From NCBI RefSeq assembly GCF_009914755.1, contig NC_060926.1: a stretch of 64,000 nt of DNA; one strand, written 5' to 3'. A model generated the notes under the pieces. That model was not told the origin of the DNA and made no database searches. It was given only the letters and a program-made list of their open reading frames with translations. Positions within the stretch are counted from its first letter, which is position 1, and every line of letters starts with the position of its first letter. Source of the DNA: the human T2T-CHM13v2.0 reference genome, Homo sapiens. Below are positions 28,120 to 41,810 of this stretch, piece after piece. Both the position numbers and the translations under genes were made by a program.

Positions 28120-29184
28120 CCTGTATCCACACCGTACACGCTCTGGGAGTGGCAACACACGCGTGTCCAGGTCCCTGCAGCCAGCAGGTATTTGCGTGGG
28201 GCTGAAATGCAGCTCTCTCAGAGGCGAATCCTCCAAAAGTCCAAATAGAAGGGCTAGGGTGTCAGTGCAGCCCTGAGCTCAGGACAAGTCAGCAGCCAGG
28301 GGTGAGCAGGAGGTAGCTGAGTGCCTGGTGGGCCTGGCCCCTGGTGCTGGATTCACCCTGGCCCTATCAGCCGGAGCGTGGGCATGGATGGCTGCAGACG
28401 TCTGGCCTGGAGGCTGAGTCCTGCCACTCCCGTTCTGACCTAAGGCTCCGCTCCCCTGTGGTGGTGTCAGGATCTGAAGACGAGAAGTTCTCTCCCACAC
28501 GCTCCAGTCCAAGTCCCTCTCTGCTGCCTGGCCTGCCCCTCCCGACAGCCATGCAGAAGTCTATTTGTTCACTCGAGCAAAACCTCTGCAGGGTGCCTGG
28601 GCTGTCTGGGGGAATGGAATTGCGGGAGGACATGGTGTCCCTGTAGGAGAGACACAAGCATGATGGGGAGATCCCAGCCCTTGGCCAGGCCTGCTAGTGT
28701 GGGCAGGGATGCCATCAGGGGGCCTGGGGTGGGATGCCTGGCCCTCTGCACCCTGCATTTCTCTCAGAATTAAGGCAGAGCACAGCGAGGAAGGGGCAGC
28801 ATCCTCCTGCATTTCCAGAGTGGCTTCTGAGTGCAGCAGGGATGGGAGAGGTGGGGGTGATGCGAGTGCAGAGAGGGTGGCGGCCACAGACACTCGGGGT
28901 CTGGAGATGGACTCGCCTGGGAAGGCCCCCGCGGCGGGGCAGCTGAGAAAGTTCTCATGGTTTAATTTGAGTGGTTAGCTGGAATTTGGTGCCAGGCTTT
29001 AAGATTTAAAACCCAGGGACAGAAGCAAATTAGGAGTAAAGTGATGCTGCGTTTGCCTGTTGAAGGTGTTCACACATGGCCCAGGTCATGGGATGATGGA
29101 GCTGCCCTGGAACCCCTGTGTGCTCAGGACACGCTCTGCCTTCGCTGGCCTCTGCATCTTGATAGCATCATTCCTTGCTTGTAC

Positions 29185-29598
29185 CCCACGGTACCCCAAA
29201 GGGGACAGAGCTCACCCCGGGGATGTCTCATGATGGGGACCAGCTCTGTCCCACTGTGATCTCGCTGTCCCAAGATGGGGACCAGCTCTTTCCCGCTGCA
29301 GCCTCAACGTCCCACAACAGGGACCAGCTCTGTCCCACTGTGGCCTCAACGTCCCATAACAGAGACCAGCTCTGTCCACTGTGGCCTCAATGTCACACGA
29401 TGGGGACCAGCTTTGTCCCACTGTGGCCTCAATGTCACCTGACAGGGACCAGCTTTGTCCCACTGTGGCCTCGATGTCTCCTGATGGGGACCAGCTCTGT
29501 CCCACTGCAGCCTTGATGTCCCATGACAGAAACCAGCTCTGATCCACTGTGATCTCGGCATCCCAAGACAGGGAGCAGCTCTGTCCCACTGTGGCCTC
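29185..29598. repeat. 42-bp degenerate minisatellite, about 10 copies
   Basis: gaccagctc recurs at 29238, 29280, 29322 and onward. Confidence 0.9.
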
Positions 29599-30699
29599 AG
29601 CACCTGGTGGTGCTGGAAGTTCAGGTGGTGCTAGCCCTGCAGGAAGGGAGGATGTGTGTCTCTGCATGCATCCCTGTTGCAGCCCCAGGCCATGGGCTTT
29701 GCTCTCTGTCCCCTGAGGGGAAGGCTCAGAACTTTATTTATGACCATCTACCAGCCGGCCATGCAAACAACCAGCGGGGTAAGGCCAGGACTGCGGCCAA
29801 ATGCCTGACCCAGCAACTTGGGTTTGGCCACACACGGCACTGCTTGGGGCTGACGAGGAGGGTGACCAAGACCTCGCTGAGCTTAAGAGGATGACAGCTC
29901 CTGGATGGCAAGTCCTACAGATCTGTGTCTCCTGAGACTGGTCATGGAATGGACTGAGGACCATCTGCAAACACTGCTTAGTACCGAATCTCTTCTGCTC
30001 GAAGCCTCTGTTATACGGTTTGTGTGACACTAAATAATGGGAAACGTATGAAGAATTCCAAACATTCTGTTTACACGGGTGAGTGCAATCAAATCAATAG
30101 CAGTTGCTACTCGGAAATCTGGAGGAGCAATTTTCTGGAATGGATTCTAAAATATTTTAGCAACTCAGTGGGGTGGGGTGTTGTCAGACTGACTGTTGGT
30201 AAAGTGAGGGTCATTATGGAGCTGCAATAACCTAAATTAGTACCACATGATGGCTGAGGCCACTCCGCATGGATCTGTGTCTAAGAGGGCCTGGCAGAGT
30301 GAACTTGCGGCTCGGCTCGGTTTTGTTTTTGAGTGAGGAACTGCACAGGAGATTGCTCTTCAGAGGCTGCAACGGGACCCCCACACGTCCCTGCATTTAG
30401 AGGCGAATGAGGTAGAAAGATCAATACCTGAGTTTTCTTATTCCTTGTGGCTGCAGCAGATGTCATCGTAAAATGGCTCCATCACCTTGGAGGCATGGTC
30501 TGACGTGAAGGAGACGGTCCTGCTTGGCCCATGGAGAAGGCTCTAGTGCGTCTCGGAGCCACCATCATTTTTTTCCCTTTCCATTCATACCTGCTGCCGG
30601 CAAAGGACCCAGCCTTTGGGATTTACAGAAAATAAGGAGTTGAACTAAATAACAAACAAGGGGCTGCTAATTAGAGCGTATGAGTCCATTTTCATCCAG

Positions 30700-32360
30700 A
30701 GCGTCTTATTCTATCTTCCTCATGCATGGGCTCTGCATGGTTCTGCCCAGTTCCCTCTTGCCTGGTTTTTCAGTTATTTGTGGATTCTTAGAAATTCTCC
30801 ATATACTCTGGACATAAATGTCTTTGCTAATTATTAATCTGTGTGCTGCCAACCTTCTACCAGTTTCTATGTTTTCAAATGACTTGAAGATGTAGATTTT
30901 GTTGTAACTGGCCCATGATTCTTGTGCATCTTTACGGCGTAGACAGTGATGCTTTGATGCATGCCTGTGCCACTCAGGTCAGGGTAATTAGCATAGCCAT
31001 GCAAACACTGACCACGTCTTTGTGTAGGGAACACTCAGTATCCTTCCAGCTACTTGAAACTGTCTATTCTTGTTTACTATAATCTTCCTACAGTGGTGTG
31101 GAACAATAGAACTTTGAAAAGATAAATTCGTATTTTTAATGTAGTCAACTTTGTCCATTTTCTCTGTATTGTTAATGGATTTTTAGATCTTGTTTAGAAC
31201 ATTTGTCCTTGCACCAAAGTCAGAAATCTGTTCTCTCATTTCTCCTGTAGAAGGTTTAGGGTTTCAGCATCCACAAGTCCTTGAGCCATGGGAATTAACA
31301 GCTGCTGAGCTGTGAGGTCAGAGGCACACTCAGCCCGGGAACCATGGGCTGTTGTGGTGCCCGGTGAAGGCCTGGTCCCCCAGCTGCAGCCCATCCTTCC
31401 CACTGTGGCCTGTACCCAGCTGGGCCACACCTGGGCGTGTGGGAATTAATGGCTGCTGAGCTGTGAGGTCCGAGGTACATTCATTCCAGGAACCGTGGGC
31501 TGTTGCGGTGCCCGGTGAAGGCCTGGTCCCCCGGCTGCAGCCCGTCCTTCCCACCACAGCCCACACCCGCTGGGCCATACCTGGGCCTGTGGGGCCACCT
31601 ATGAGTGCTTCCCTTCACTTCACCCAGACCGCAGTGCAGGAATTGCCAAGAATCCGTGAGCGGCCGTGGTATCCGTCAGAGCATGGGCTGCTCCTGTCCT
31701 CAGGAGTCTCTTGGCAGATCCAGGGCCTTTGCACTCAGGGTCACTTTCAGGTCACACTGGGCTGGGCTTGACTCTGCAGACCAATCTGGAAACCCCTTAT
31801 GTGTGACATCAGCTTTTCTTACCTGTCAATATGGCATATGTTTCCATTAAGCCATCTTTACATCTTTTAAAAAAATTTTGTAATTTTATTCATAAAAATC
31901 TTGTACATATTTTAGATTAGTTTCTTGGAAACTTACAATTTTGGTTGATATTGTAAAAGACATCTTTTATAAAATGCATTTCTAGCTGTCTATTTTGTTA
32001 TAAAAACAAATTGATGTACATTGATCTTTATATCGAGTGATCTCCCCCAACTCTCTTGTTAGTATTTATCATCTATCTATATCTTATTTTGGGGTTTCTC
32101 TGTAGAAAATATCATCTACGATTAAGAACACATTTTTTTCTTCTTTCTTTCAAATTCTTACAACTTTTGTTTGTTTTGTTTATCTTACTCTAGGATAGTG
32201 TTTTTATTTTCATAAGATTTCTTCTTTTCTTCTGAGAATGTCCTTATTCAACCTTTATTCTCAAGAGTTGAATTGATGGACATGGTTTCTGAGCAGCTGG
32301 AGGCTTCCTGTCTCTGTTGCTGGTGAGAATTTGCCTTTCACCTAGTCGCTGTTCCTTTGC
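30700..32360 (-). mobile_element. Old L1M antisense fragments with a nested L1MA 3' fragment (about 30895-31115) and a GC-rich internal segment
   Basis: L1 ORF2-antisense phrases (ttttaatgtagtcaactttgtccattttctct; gcaccaaagtcagaaat) resume after the GC-rich segment. Confidence 0.6.
31290..31592. repeat. Two-copy tandem duplication, period 151 bp
   Basis: gggaattaa..gctgctgagctgtgaggtc starts at 31290 and again at 31441. Confidence 0.9.
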
Positions 32361-33418
32361 AGGGAGGGAGACTCTCTCTGTGGCTTCCATGCTCTTCAAG
32401 CTTCCTGTGTTGGGCTCAAGTTCATGACCCCTGCCCTACTCACTTGACTGCTGGTCTCCATCTTTCCATTTTATTATCATAATTTTAATGGGGACTTGGA
32501 AGAAGCAGAGAGAAACAGCTGCTCAGCTGTCCACCTTGACCAAGGAACCCAGCACGGCCACAGAACCGACCTGAGGTGCGTAGAATGAGACCTGCAGGCT
32601 CAGCTGTCTTTCCGCAGTGTCCTCCCACATCCACACCTTCCATTTCATCGGCTCCTAAACCTCCTGCTTCTCCAATCTGGGCCTACCCCCAAGTGATGTC
32701 TTTTGAAAAATTAAAAACATATTGAACCTTAAATACAATCTTGTATGATTGCATAGTTTTCTCACAGACTGGGTACAGGCCACAGTAAGATTGCTGTAAA
32801 TCAGTGGCTCTGTCAAGTCTTCCCCGTGGCTGAGATAATACAAGTGTTCATGCTTTCCTTCAACGCCTAAACGGTACGTTCCACATTGTCTAGGAGCTTG
32901 GTTCACTTCCACCTGGACTCTCAGCTAGGGGTGGGGAGCCACAGAAGGGGTGGTCAACTTCTATCACCGGCCCCAGTCTCTGCTTCCAGCTTGTGGACTT
33001 TGTATCTGTATGACCTTGACAGCTTCTTGAAACACCAGCCACAGTGCCTGGCGTGTAGTAGCCTCGCATATTTGGGTGCCAGGGAGCTGACCCACTGGAG
33101 GTGGAGGTCCTGACAGTGAGCTGAGGCTGTCCTCATGGCGTCCACTGTGGGAAGCATGGGGCACCTGGGGCCTGGGGGTTCCCATCCATTTCCCAGGGTT
33201 CGCAAAACATATGCCTCTATCTACTTCTTAATGTGGGACAAATTCCTTCTCGTACCCAAACCATGTTTCTCCATGAGGTTCTTAGATTCTCCTCCCAAGC
33301 ACCCTTTTCCAGCACAAATTTATTATTTCCCTGCTGTGCTGCAGCCCCGGCTCCTCCTGGCTTCGTGCCTCACACACCTGCCGCTGTCTCCTGACCGGGT
33401 CGCAGTGTCAAGTTCTTT

Positions 33419-33516
33419 ACACATGTGTACGTGCAGAGCGGACACACAGACACCGGAGAAGGTGGGAACACATGTGGATGTGCAGAGCGGATGCACAGAC
33501 ACTGGAGAAGGTGGGA
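33419..33516. repeat. Two-copy tandem duplication, about 49 bp
   Basis: acatgtg...gtgcagagcgga...acagacac.ggagaaggtggga occurs twice. Confidence 0.85.
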
Positions 33517-33989
33517 GGTGGGGAGTAGCTGAGGGCTGGGGAATTGCCTGTGGGATATGATGCTCACTATTCGGGTGACAGCTGCCCCACCTTCACCACC
33601 ACACAATCCATGCGTGCAAGAAATCTCCACCCATCCCCTCCAAGTATATAAACATATGATGAGAAGGAGAAACACTCTACACAGAGAATGTGACCCAACC
33701 TTGCTTCTCTGTCCACTTCCTGCTCAGCTGGCACACAGAGTAGAGCATGGGCACCTCCCAAGACCACCATGGCCTCCTGGTGAGGAGGCAACACCACGGG
33801 CTTCCAGATCTCCTTGTGTGTTCCTCAAACTCTCCTTGCCGCTGAGTGTAGGACGCTGTTTTCTGTCTTCGGTGCTCGCTCTTCTGACATCAGAGATTGA
33901 CGGCACTGAGTCAGGAAGGAGAAAAGGACTCTGGCTTTGGGCCACGACAGCTCCAGATCCCATACCAACATCACTGTGGACGGCAGAAT

Positions 33990-34620
33990 TTTTCATTTTT
34001 CTGGAAATCTCTTTTTTCATCTAAAATATGGAAATAATATCATTTACCTTACAGGGTTGTTGTGATGAAATGGTTCACTCAAAACCACTTCCCAGGAGGT
34101 TTCTGATGTAAACATGGCTCCCAGCACTGGGGCACAGGGAGGACAGGCTCTGCCCTCGGGATGCACACCTTCCAGTGTGCATTTAAGGAAGTGCAAGCGA
34201 GTTCATCAGGGAGCAGAATGAGTTTAGATAAAACTTCTGTAATATAATATAAAGTGGGGCTTCTGGGTGGAGATGAGTGGGTGACACTTTAGATGGGGGC
34301 CCAGGAAGTCCCCTCTGAGGAGGTGATGGCCGTGCAGAAGCAGATCAACATAAGCCTCAGCCAGAGGCACGCTCTGAGCAGAGGCGGAAGCCTGCTGGGG
34401 CCACTACGAGGAAAGACACTTGTTCTACAGGATCAGTGCGGGTGCAGCACTCTGAGTAAGTTACCATCCTAAAAATGAGGCTCTCCGTGGAGGCCACGTC
34501 ACAAAGGTTGTCATACACGTGGTGCAGGCATTGGGTTTTATTCTGAGGACCTAAGAGCGATGGAAAATTCACCACAGCTCTGCACAGGCAAAGGAGGTTG
34601 TCAGATGATGAGATTTTCTA
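33990..34620. mobile_element. MIR fragment (+, about 33990-34075) followed by an L2 fragment (-)
   Basis: ttcatctaaaatatggaaataata...cagggttgttgtga (MIR core); cccagcactgggg...cctctgaggaggtgat (L2 antisense). Confidence 0.55.
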
Positions 34621-34799
34621 AGTGAAGTATTTGAGTCTCACAGAGGAACATATGTATTACACATCAAAGTTATAAAGCCTAAGAAAAAATGAACACTGTG
34701 TTGTCTATGGCAAGTAGAACATTGTCAAACCATTAAAATATACCTGGACACTCCTCCCCCAAGAGAAAACCACATAATTAATCACACAGAAAAAATCAG

Positions 34800-35400
34800 C
34801 AGTGGCTGATTGCATTTTCCAAAGACGGCACAAGACAAGCCCTCATCACACTTGCTCCTTCACAGTGGGACTCTGACTTTGACACACCTACCAGGATATG
34901 GGGTGCCGTGTCCCTGTCCTGGGTCCCAGGCAGTCTTTGTGACTTCCCCTGTGAGTGGGATGACATGGGATGAAAAAGTGATGCACCTTGTTGTCTTGAG
35001 ACTTTTGTTCTTGGAACCAGCCACCTTGTTGTGAGGCAGCCCAAGAGGCCATGAGGAGGCCTGTATGGCCTGCCCTGCCATGGCCCCAACCCACAGCCCT
35101 TGCTGCTGATCAACACCAACCAGCTAGTCACAAGGGCAAGTCCATGTGGAAAGTGAAACTTCCTGCTGCCCCAAGCTGAAGTGTATGAAGCAAAGGCAAG
35201 CTGTCTCCTGGGATCTCTGCCCAAGTTACAGATCTGTGAGCAACACTGTGACTGCTGCTGTTTTCATTAGCTGAGGCTTGAGGTTGTTCATCACAAGGTA
35301 CTAGTAAGTAAAAGAGATTTTGTACCAAGACTGGGGTGCAGCCATAAGAAAACCCAATGCATGTGTCCTTAGTGCTGGGAAGTGAGAGGCACCTGAGGGC
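34800..35400 (+). mobile_element. MLT1-family LTR plus start of the internal region
   Basis: ttggaaccagccaccttgttgtgaggcagccc, then LTR end and gattttgtaccaagactggggtgcagccataagaaaacc (MLT-int-like). Confidence 0.65.
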
Positions 35401-35996
35401 CTTAAGTGTCTGTAACAGGAGATGTTCTAGATTTTCCACATTAGGGATGAAGTGCTGCGATTACTTAACTGTTTAGATAGTCTTTATTAAGTTACAAAAG
35501 TTTTCCTTTTTTCCTACTTTGTCAATAGTTTTTGCTCGATTAGTTCATTTTGTTTTTCAGTTCATGAGTTTTGAATTTTATCAAATGTTTTTTTCTGAAG
35601 CCATTGAACTCTTCACAATTGTAAACTGAGTTATGTTGTGTTTTCTCTTCAATACACAGCTGGGTTCATTTTCTTAACATAGGCAAGTTTTCCATCTGCA
35701 TTTATAGAAGTTTCTATGTGTTCTTTCTTGTGCTTCTCTTGTCTAGTTTGAGAATCAAGTTTGCCACAATAAACTTAAATAATGGACTTGGTTTTGTGTG
35801 TATGTTTTTATTTTTAAATTTTATTTAAAACATTATTTTATATATATATGTATTTATTTTTTAAGTTTTTTTCTTTCTTATCTTATTTTGGATTGTTTTC
35901 TTTTTCTGTTTTCTTGTCTCTACAGATTTGATGGTTATATACTACATTCATATTTCTTTAATAGTTACTTAACAAGGCCTGAAGTTAATTAGTATC

Positions 35997-36333
35997 TGTC
36001 TTAACTCAGACTGCTCTAACAAACACCACAAACTGAGGGGCTTAAACACCAAAAATTTATTTTCTCACAGTTGTGGAGGCTGGGCACTGAAGATCAGGGC
36101 AGGAAGGAGGCACCCAATTTGTTTCCTGTGAGGGTTTCTCCTTGTGTTCTTCTAAGTCGAGAGCTCAGTGGTGTCTCCTCTTATCAGAACACCAGCCTGA
36201 TGGGACCATGCCCCGCCCGGTGACCTCCTTCTACCCTGATGATCTCCTTATTGGAGCCACCACCAAATACAGTCCCACTGGTGGCTAGGAATGGACGTAT
36301 AAATTCTGAGAGCACACGATCCAGCCCATAGCA
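35997..36333 (-). mobile_element. MLT1A-like solo LTR within old L1M antisense sequence (35410-37100)
   Basis: gcttaaacaccaaaaatttattttctcacagttgtggaggctggg...cagcccatagca. Confidence 0.8.
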
Positions 36334-38284
36334 ATATCTGTAGTCTTCTCCTAAAAAGTAAAGAATAAAGAGCTTGAACAATTAGATTATGTTCAATTGT
36401 GTTCTCCTGAATTATCGGTTACTGCTGTCCAGTACTTTATCTTTCTCTCTCTCTCTCAAATGCATGTTATTATTATAATATCATTAATGTCACAATCATC
36501 ATAATTTTCTGTAATGTGTTTTAGATTTAAACAAATAACCAATTCATTTTCTTCCATAACTTCTTACTTCTTTTACTATCACCTGGTAAAAGAAGGAGGA
36601 CATCTCTTAGTAGTTTCTTCAGGGAGTCTGTGTGTAGTAAACCCTCCCAATTTTCTTCAGCTGAAATGTTTTAAATTTGTTCTTATTCATGAAATATAAT
36701 TTTACAGGGCACACACATCCAGGTTGACAATTATTTTCTATCAGCATTTTAAGGGATTATTCCAAACTTCTCTTAACTTTTAGTATTGCTTTTGGAGGTC
36801 TGCAGTCTACCGAATTGTCATTCTTATTAGACAGTGCCAAAGTTTTCTCTCTGTCTTACATATTTTACGTTTAGACTGGTTATTCTCAATTTTACTCCAG
36901 TATGTCCAGATGTATCTTTGTTTTGTATTTATTCTGCTTGATAGACAGCATACTTTTGTAATCAAATTGTTTACTCATTTTTTTGCAAATATAGTCTCTC
37001 TCTAATTCTTCTTGTTCTATCCTATTGTAATTACATTCAATATGTACTGAATCTTCTCACTTTATCAACAGAATTTTAATAAACCCACATTTTTCATCTT
37101 CCTTTCTCTGTATTTCTCAACAGCCTCCTCTATGGACCACATGGCTGGTGCTGCAGGGAGGATCTGGGTCACCTCCCTGCTGGCCGCTGGGTCTCTACAG
37201 GCCTTGCTGAAAACCTTCCTGGGTAAACACCTACAGCTTGCATAACTTAGATCCGATGGCCCACAGGAGAGATTGCAACTGGGTGACCACGTGCCAGGGC
37301 GCCACATCAACAGCACTAGGAGCTGCCTTGGGGATGTAGGCGCCTTCCACGGGCTTTTCCAGAAACCAACTACAGGAATATTTTTAGAAATAGAGGTGTT
37401 CTCAACAAACAGAGTGGAACTAGTTAGATAAAATTAATCATTAGTGTATAGATCTCTGTAAATGTCTAAGAAATTATTATTAACTTAAAGCACTATTCTT
37501 ACTAAACCTCCATGTTTTATGATGGAAACATATTATTTTTTCTGAAATGGTGTGTGGATTATCATCTACATTTCAATTGAGACATAAGCTTTGAATTGCT
37601 AGTTATCATTATTGCTTAGTGCAGTTGTTGTAACAAAAACAACCAAACCGAACTTTAACTTATTTTTATTTATTTATTTATTTACTTATTTGCAAACTGA
37701 ATCTTGGAAAAAAAACCAAATCATCCTTAATCCCTGTAGTTTCGTTTATTAATCAACTTCTGCCGTGTACTGAAGCCTGTGCCACATCCAGGCATGCGGC
37801 AGCTCCAGGACCCATAGCTCTGTACCCAGGGATGATAACTCAACAGCAAACCTCTGCACCCTGCATTTCCTGGAACCGAGGGATGCAGTCTCCATGTGCT
37901 GGGATCCCTTTTCTCGATTCCTATTCAGTTTCTAGTAAGTCATTAGGCCACCCTCTGTCCGTACTTCTGGGCGCCCTGCACAGATCACAGGCAGTGTCCC
38001 CGCAGGCATCTCCTCTCCCCACCTGCAGTCAGTCTCAGACCCATAGACTGGGTGCCTTTGCCACCCTTCTGGATAGTTTTCATTGACATCAGAAAATTGG
38101 AGAAACTAGAAAAATACTGACATCTATAGAATGTGAAATATAATTTGGAATGTAAACTTGAAAATTAACCTTGGAAATAAAAACATTCATCATGTTGTAA
38201 AGGTGTTCAGAGGAGAAATGTGTGGAACCCAATACTACAGCTGAGCCCAGCTAAGGGTCCTGCAAGGGGTGACCTCAGGTTTTT

Positions 38285-38412
38285 GTTTCATTTCTTTCTT
38301 TCCTTCTTTTTTCTTTCTCTCTCTCTTTCTTTTCTTATTTCTTTGTCTCTTTCTTTCACTCTTTCTCTCTCTCTCCCTCTCCCTCTCTATTTTTTTCTTT
38401 GTTTTTTTTTTC
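38285..38412. repeat. CT-rich low-complexity tract
   Basis: Polypyrimidine ttct/ctct runs. Confidence 0.85.
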
Positions 38413-38894
38413 CCCGCTGTCTAACAGACCAAAATGTGGCCTCATCTCAGGTCCACATATGTTATTTCTTATTCCATCGCATTGTCCTCCAGGCTTTCAC
38501 CAGAGGTCGAGGGGGGTAGGGGAGTCGGTGGTCGCATATGAACCACGCTCGTTCTTAACGGCAGTTCCACAGACAGAACCCTCTCCAACCATTCCCCAGA
38601 CCCTGCATTTTTCTTTCCACGTTCCTCACTCATTTCCTTTTCCTCTCACACAGGTCGTGCCAACCCTTCCTGTGACTTTCCTGAGATTCCCACAGCTTCA
38701 CCATTTTCCCAGGTCCTCAAACCCAAATGCTCCAAAGCTATGATGACCCTGCTGTCTTCCAGCCTTTCTCAAATATGCTCACAGCACATGTGGTCTGAAG
38801 TGGATCTGCTATCACACTGCATGTCTCCTACATCTGTGAGGCCCGATGGGCTTCATTCATGGTTTTGATATGTTCTGCTTTGCCAAGAATAGTC

Positions 38895-39054
38895 AAGAAA
38901 AAAAAAAGAAAGGAAGGAAGGGAGGGAGGGAGAAAAGAAGGAAGAAGGGAAGAAAGGAAGGAAGGAAAGAAGGAGGGAGGGAAGGAAGGAGAGAGGGAGG
39001 GAGGGAAGGAAGGAAGGAAGGAGGGAAGGTAGGTAGGAAGGAAGAAAGAAAGAA
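38895..39054. repeat. (GGAA/GGGA)n polypurine microsatellite
   Basis: About 160 bp, almost entirely purine. Confidence 0.9.
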
Positions 39055-39800
39055 TATAGTCCAGCAGTTCCTTACAAAACTAAACAGACAATCCAGCAAT
39101 TACATGTTTTGACATTTACCAAAATGAACTGAATGTTTATGTCCACACGAAACCTGCACATAAGTGTTTATAGCAGCTTTACTCATAATTGCCTAAACCT
39201 GGAATTAACCAAGATAACCTTCAGGAGGTGAGTGGATAAAAATTGTGGATAAATAACCTCAGTGAGTGGATAAATAAACTATGATTCATCTAGACAAGGG
39301 AACATACTTCAGTGTCAAAAAAACTAAGCCATGGAAAGACACAGAAGAACCTTAAATGCATGTTTCTGGGTAAAAGCCGCCAATCTGAATAGGCCGCCTC
39401 TGCGTGACTCCAACTCTATGACATTCTGGAAATGGTCAAACTATGGAGACGGGAAAAAGATCAGTGGTTACCAGGGGTTGGGAGGAGGGAGGGAGCAGGT
39501 GGAGCAGGGAGGACTGTTAGGGCAGTGGTGCTCCTCCGTGTGATGTTACCATGGGGGATACGCAGCATTGCACGTTTGTCCAAACCCACAGGAAGTACAA
39601 CAGCAAGATGGAGGCCTAATGGAAGCGACGGGTTACTCTGGGGGACGATGAGTGTCCGTGTACGTTTGCTGATTTTAGCAAATGCAGGGCAGTAAGCCAA
39701 TAAGTAAGTAACAGGAGAAATTGGGACTGGATGGAGTATTGGAACTCCACTCAATTTTCTGTAAACCTAAAACTGATTTAAAAAAATGAAGTCTATACAT
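39055..39800 (+). mobile_element. L1MB/L1MC-type 3' fragment
   Basis: ttatgtccacacgaaacctgcaca...tttatagcagctttactcataattgcc...actcaattttctgtaaacctaaaactg. Confidence 0.8.
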
Positions 39801-40227
39801 TTAAAATGTAATACTATAGAAACAGCATGAGGTTTTTTGAGTATAGACAGTGGTTGCCCTCATAGCGTCATTTACTGGTCAGCATTTTATTTTTCATGTT
39901 ATCTCTTTATTTGAAACATTGTAAATCCCAGAAGGCCCTGTGGGTGCCAGAAGAAGAGCTGCTGAGCGGCGGTTCCCACGCGTGCTGCAGACGCTTTTCA
40001 GAGACAAGTCTTGGTCTTTGTGCTGGACGGAGGCAATGCTGCTAATGGGAGGCGGAGCCCACCTGCTCCTCAGCCAGGCCGCAGGGAGAGGCAGGCAGCG
40101 GTGAAAGCCGCTGAGCGGGAAGCAGGGCCGGGATGTAAGGCAGAAGCCGCAGGGACGTCGGCTGGGCCTCGGTTGAGAGCAGGGGAACGAGGAGCGGGTC
40201 TCCCAGTCGGGCTTCTATCTAAGGACA

Positions 40228-40745
40228 GAGCTGCTGTGCACCGGCTCCCTGAACTGCTCCTGCTCCCTGCAGTGCTCCCACTCCCTGCTGTGCACCCGCT
40301 CCCTGCTGTGTACCCACTCCCTGCTGTGTACCCACTCCCTGAAGTGCCCCCACTCCGTGCTGTGCACCCGCTCCCTGCTGTGTACCCGCTCTCTGCAGTG
40401 CTCCTGCTCCCTGCAGTGCTCCCGCTCCCTGCAGAGCTCCCCCTCCCTGCAGAGCTCCTGCTACCTGCTGTGCACCTGCTCATACAGTTCACCCACTCCC
40501 TGCAGTGCTCCCACTCCCTGCTGTGCTCCTGCTACCTGCTGTGCACCTACCTGAAGTGCTCCCACTCCTTTCAGTGCTCCTGCTCCCTGCAGCGCACCTG
40601 CTCCTTGTAGTGCTCCCGCTCCCTGCAGTGCACACGCTCCCTGAAGTGCTCCCGCTCCCTGCTGTGCTCCCGCTCCCTGCTGTGCACTCGCTGCCTGCAG
40701 TGCTCCCACTACCTGCAGTGCTCTCGCTACCTGCTGTGCACCCGG
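40228..40745. repeat. 18-bp minisatellite, about 28 degenerate copies
   Basis: Unit CTCCCTGCWGTGCWCCCR; 6-aa periodicity (LPAVLP / TAGSGS) in the ORF track. Confidence 0.92.
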
Positions 40746-41137
40746 AGCTGCCGAGGCTGGGCCCTGGATGGTGCAGGTGGGCCTTGGGTGTAGAGTGCAG
40801 CCTCGCCCCCATTTCCCGTGGACGTTTCCAGCCGCCCGAGTCTTCTGAGACCACAGATAAGGTCAAGCGAAGGAGGGCGTATCACTTCAGCTTCCAACTT
40901 CTACTCTCTACTTAAAAGTAGTTCCTGAGGCCAGCAGCGCGTCAGGGGCCAGGGTGGGGCCCTTCATCCTTTCTCTTCGTGTGTCTGAGCCTCCCAGTGT
41001 CCAGCAGGCAGAAGTGGTGAGCTCCTCGGGCCTGCAGCATCTTGTGAGGCTCATCCCTATCATAGCGCAGCCCCCACAGAGCAGCCTCTCAGTCCCTCCA
41101 TTCTCATCATGTTACTTCACTGGATAGGTCTTCTTTA

Positions 41138-41485
<348 letters not shown>

Positions 41486-41574
41486 TTATTCATTCACATC
41501 ATCATCTGTGTGGGTGCAGGTGCAGCATGGGTGTTTTCTAATGTAACGGAAAAATGAAATCAGTGATGTCTCCA

Positions 41575-41810
41575 GGCGCCTACATGTGTGCACGTGTGCA
41601 CACGTGAGAGTACACTGCTGCATGTATCGTGTGGGTATGTGCATGAGTGTGAGCATACATGCACAAGTGAGAGTGTATATGTAAACCTGCACTGTGTACG
41701 TTGCGTTGTGACATGTGCGCATGTCTCTGTGTGTTCACGTGTGCACATGTGTCTCTGTGTGTTCACGTGTGCACATGTGACTCTGTGTGTTCACCTGTGT
41801 ATGTATTTAG
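41575..41810. repeat. Degenerate (TG)n tract with short internal repeats
   Basis: tctgtgtgttcac occurs three times within TG-rich sequence. Confidence 0.8.

Noticed and set aside
38895-39054. GGAA microsatellite as an EWSR1-FLI1 response element
   Set aside because: The longest pure run is only about (GGAA)4, interrupted by GGGA units.
40011-40915. 199-aa LPAV-repeat ORF and TAGSGS antisense ORFs
   Set aside because: Products of the 18-bp minisatellite; non-ATG or weak starts and no splice support.
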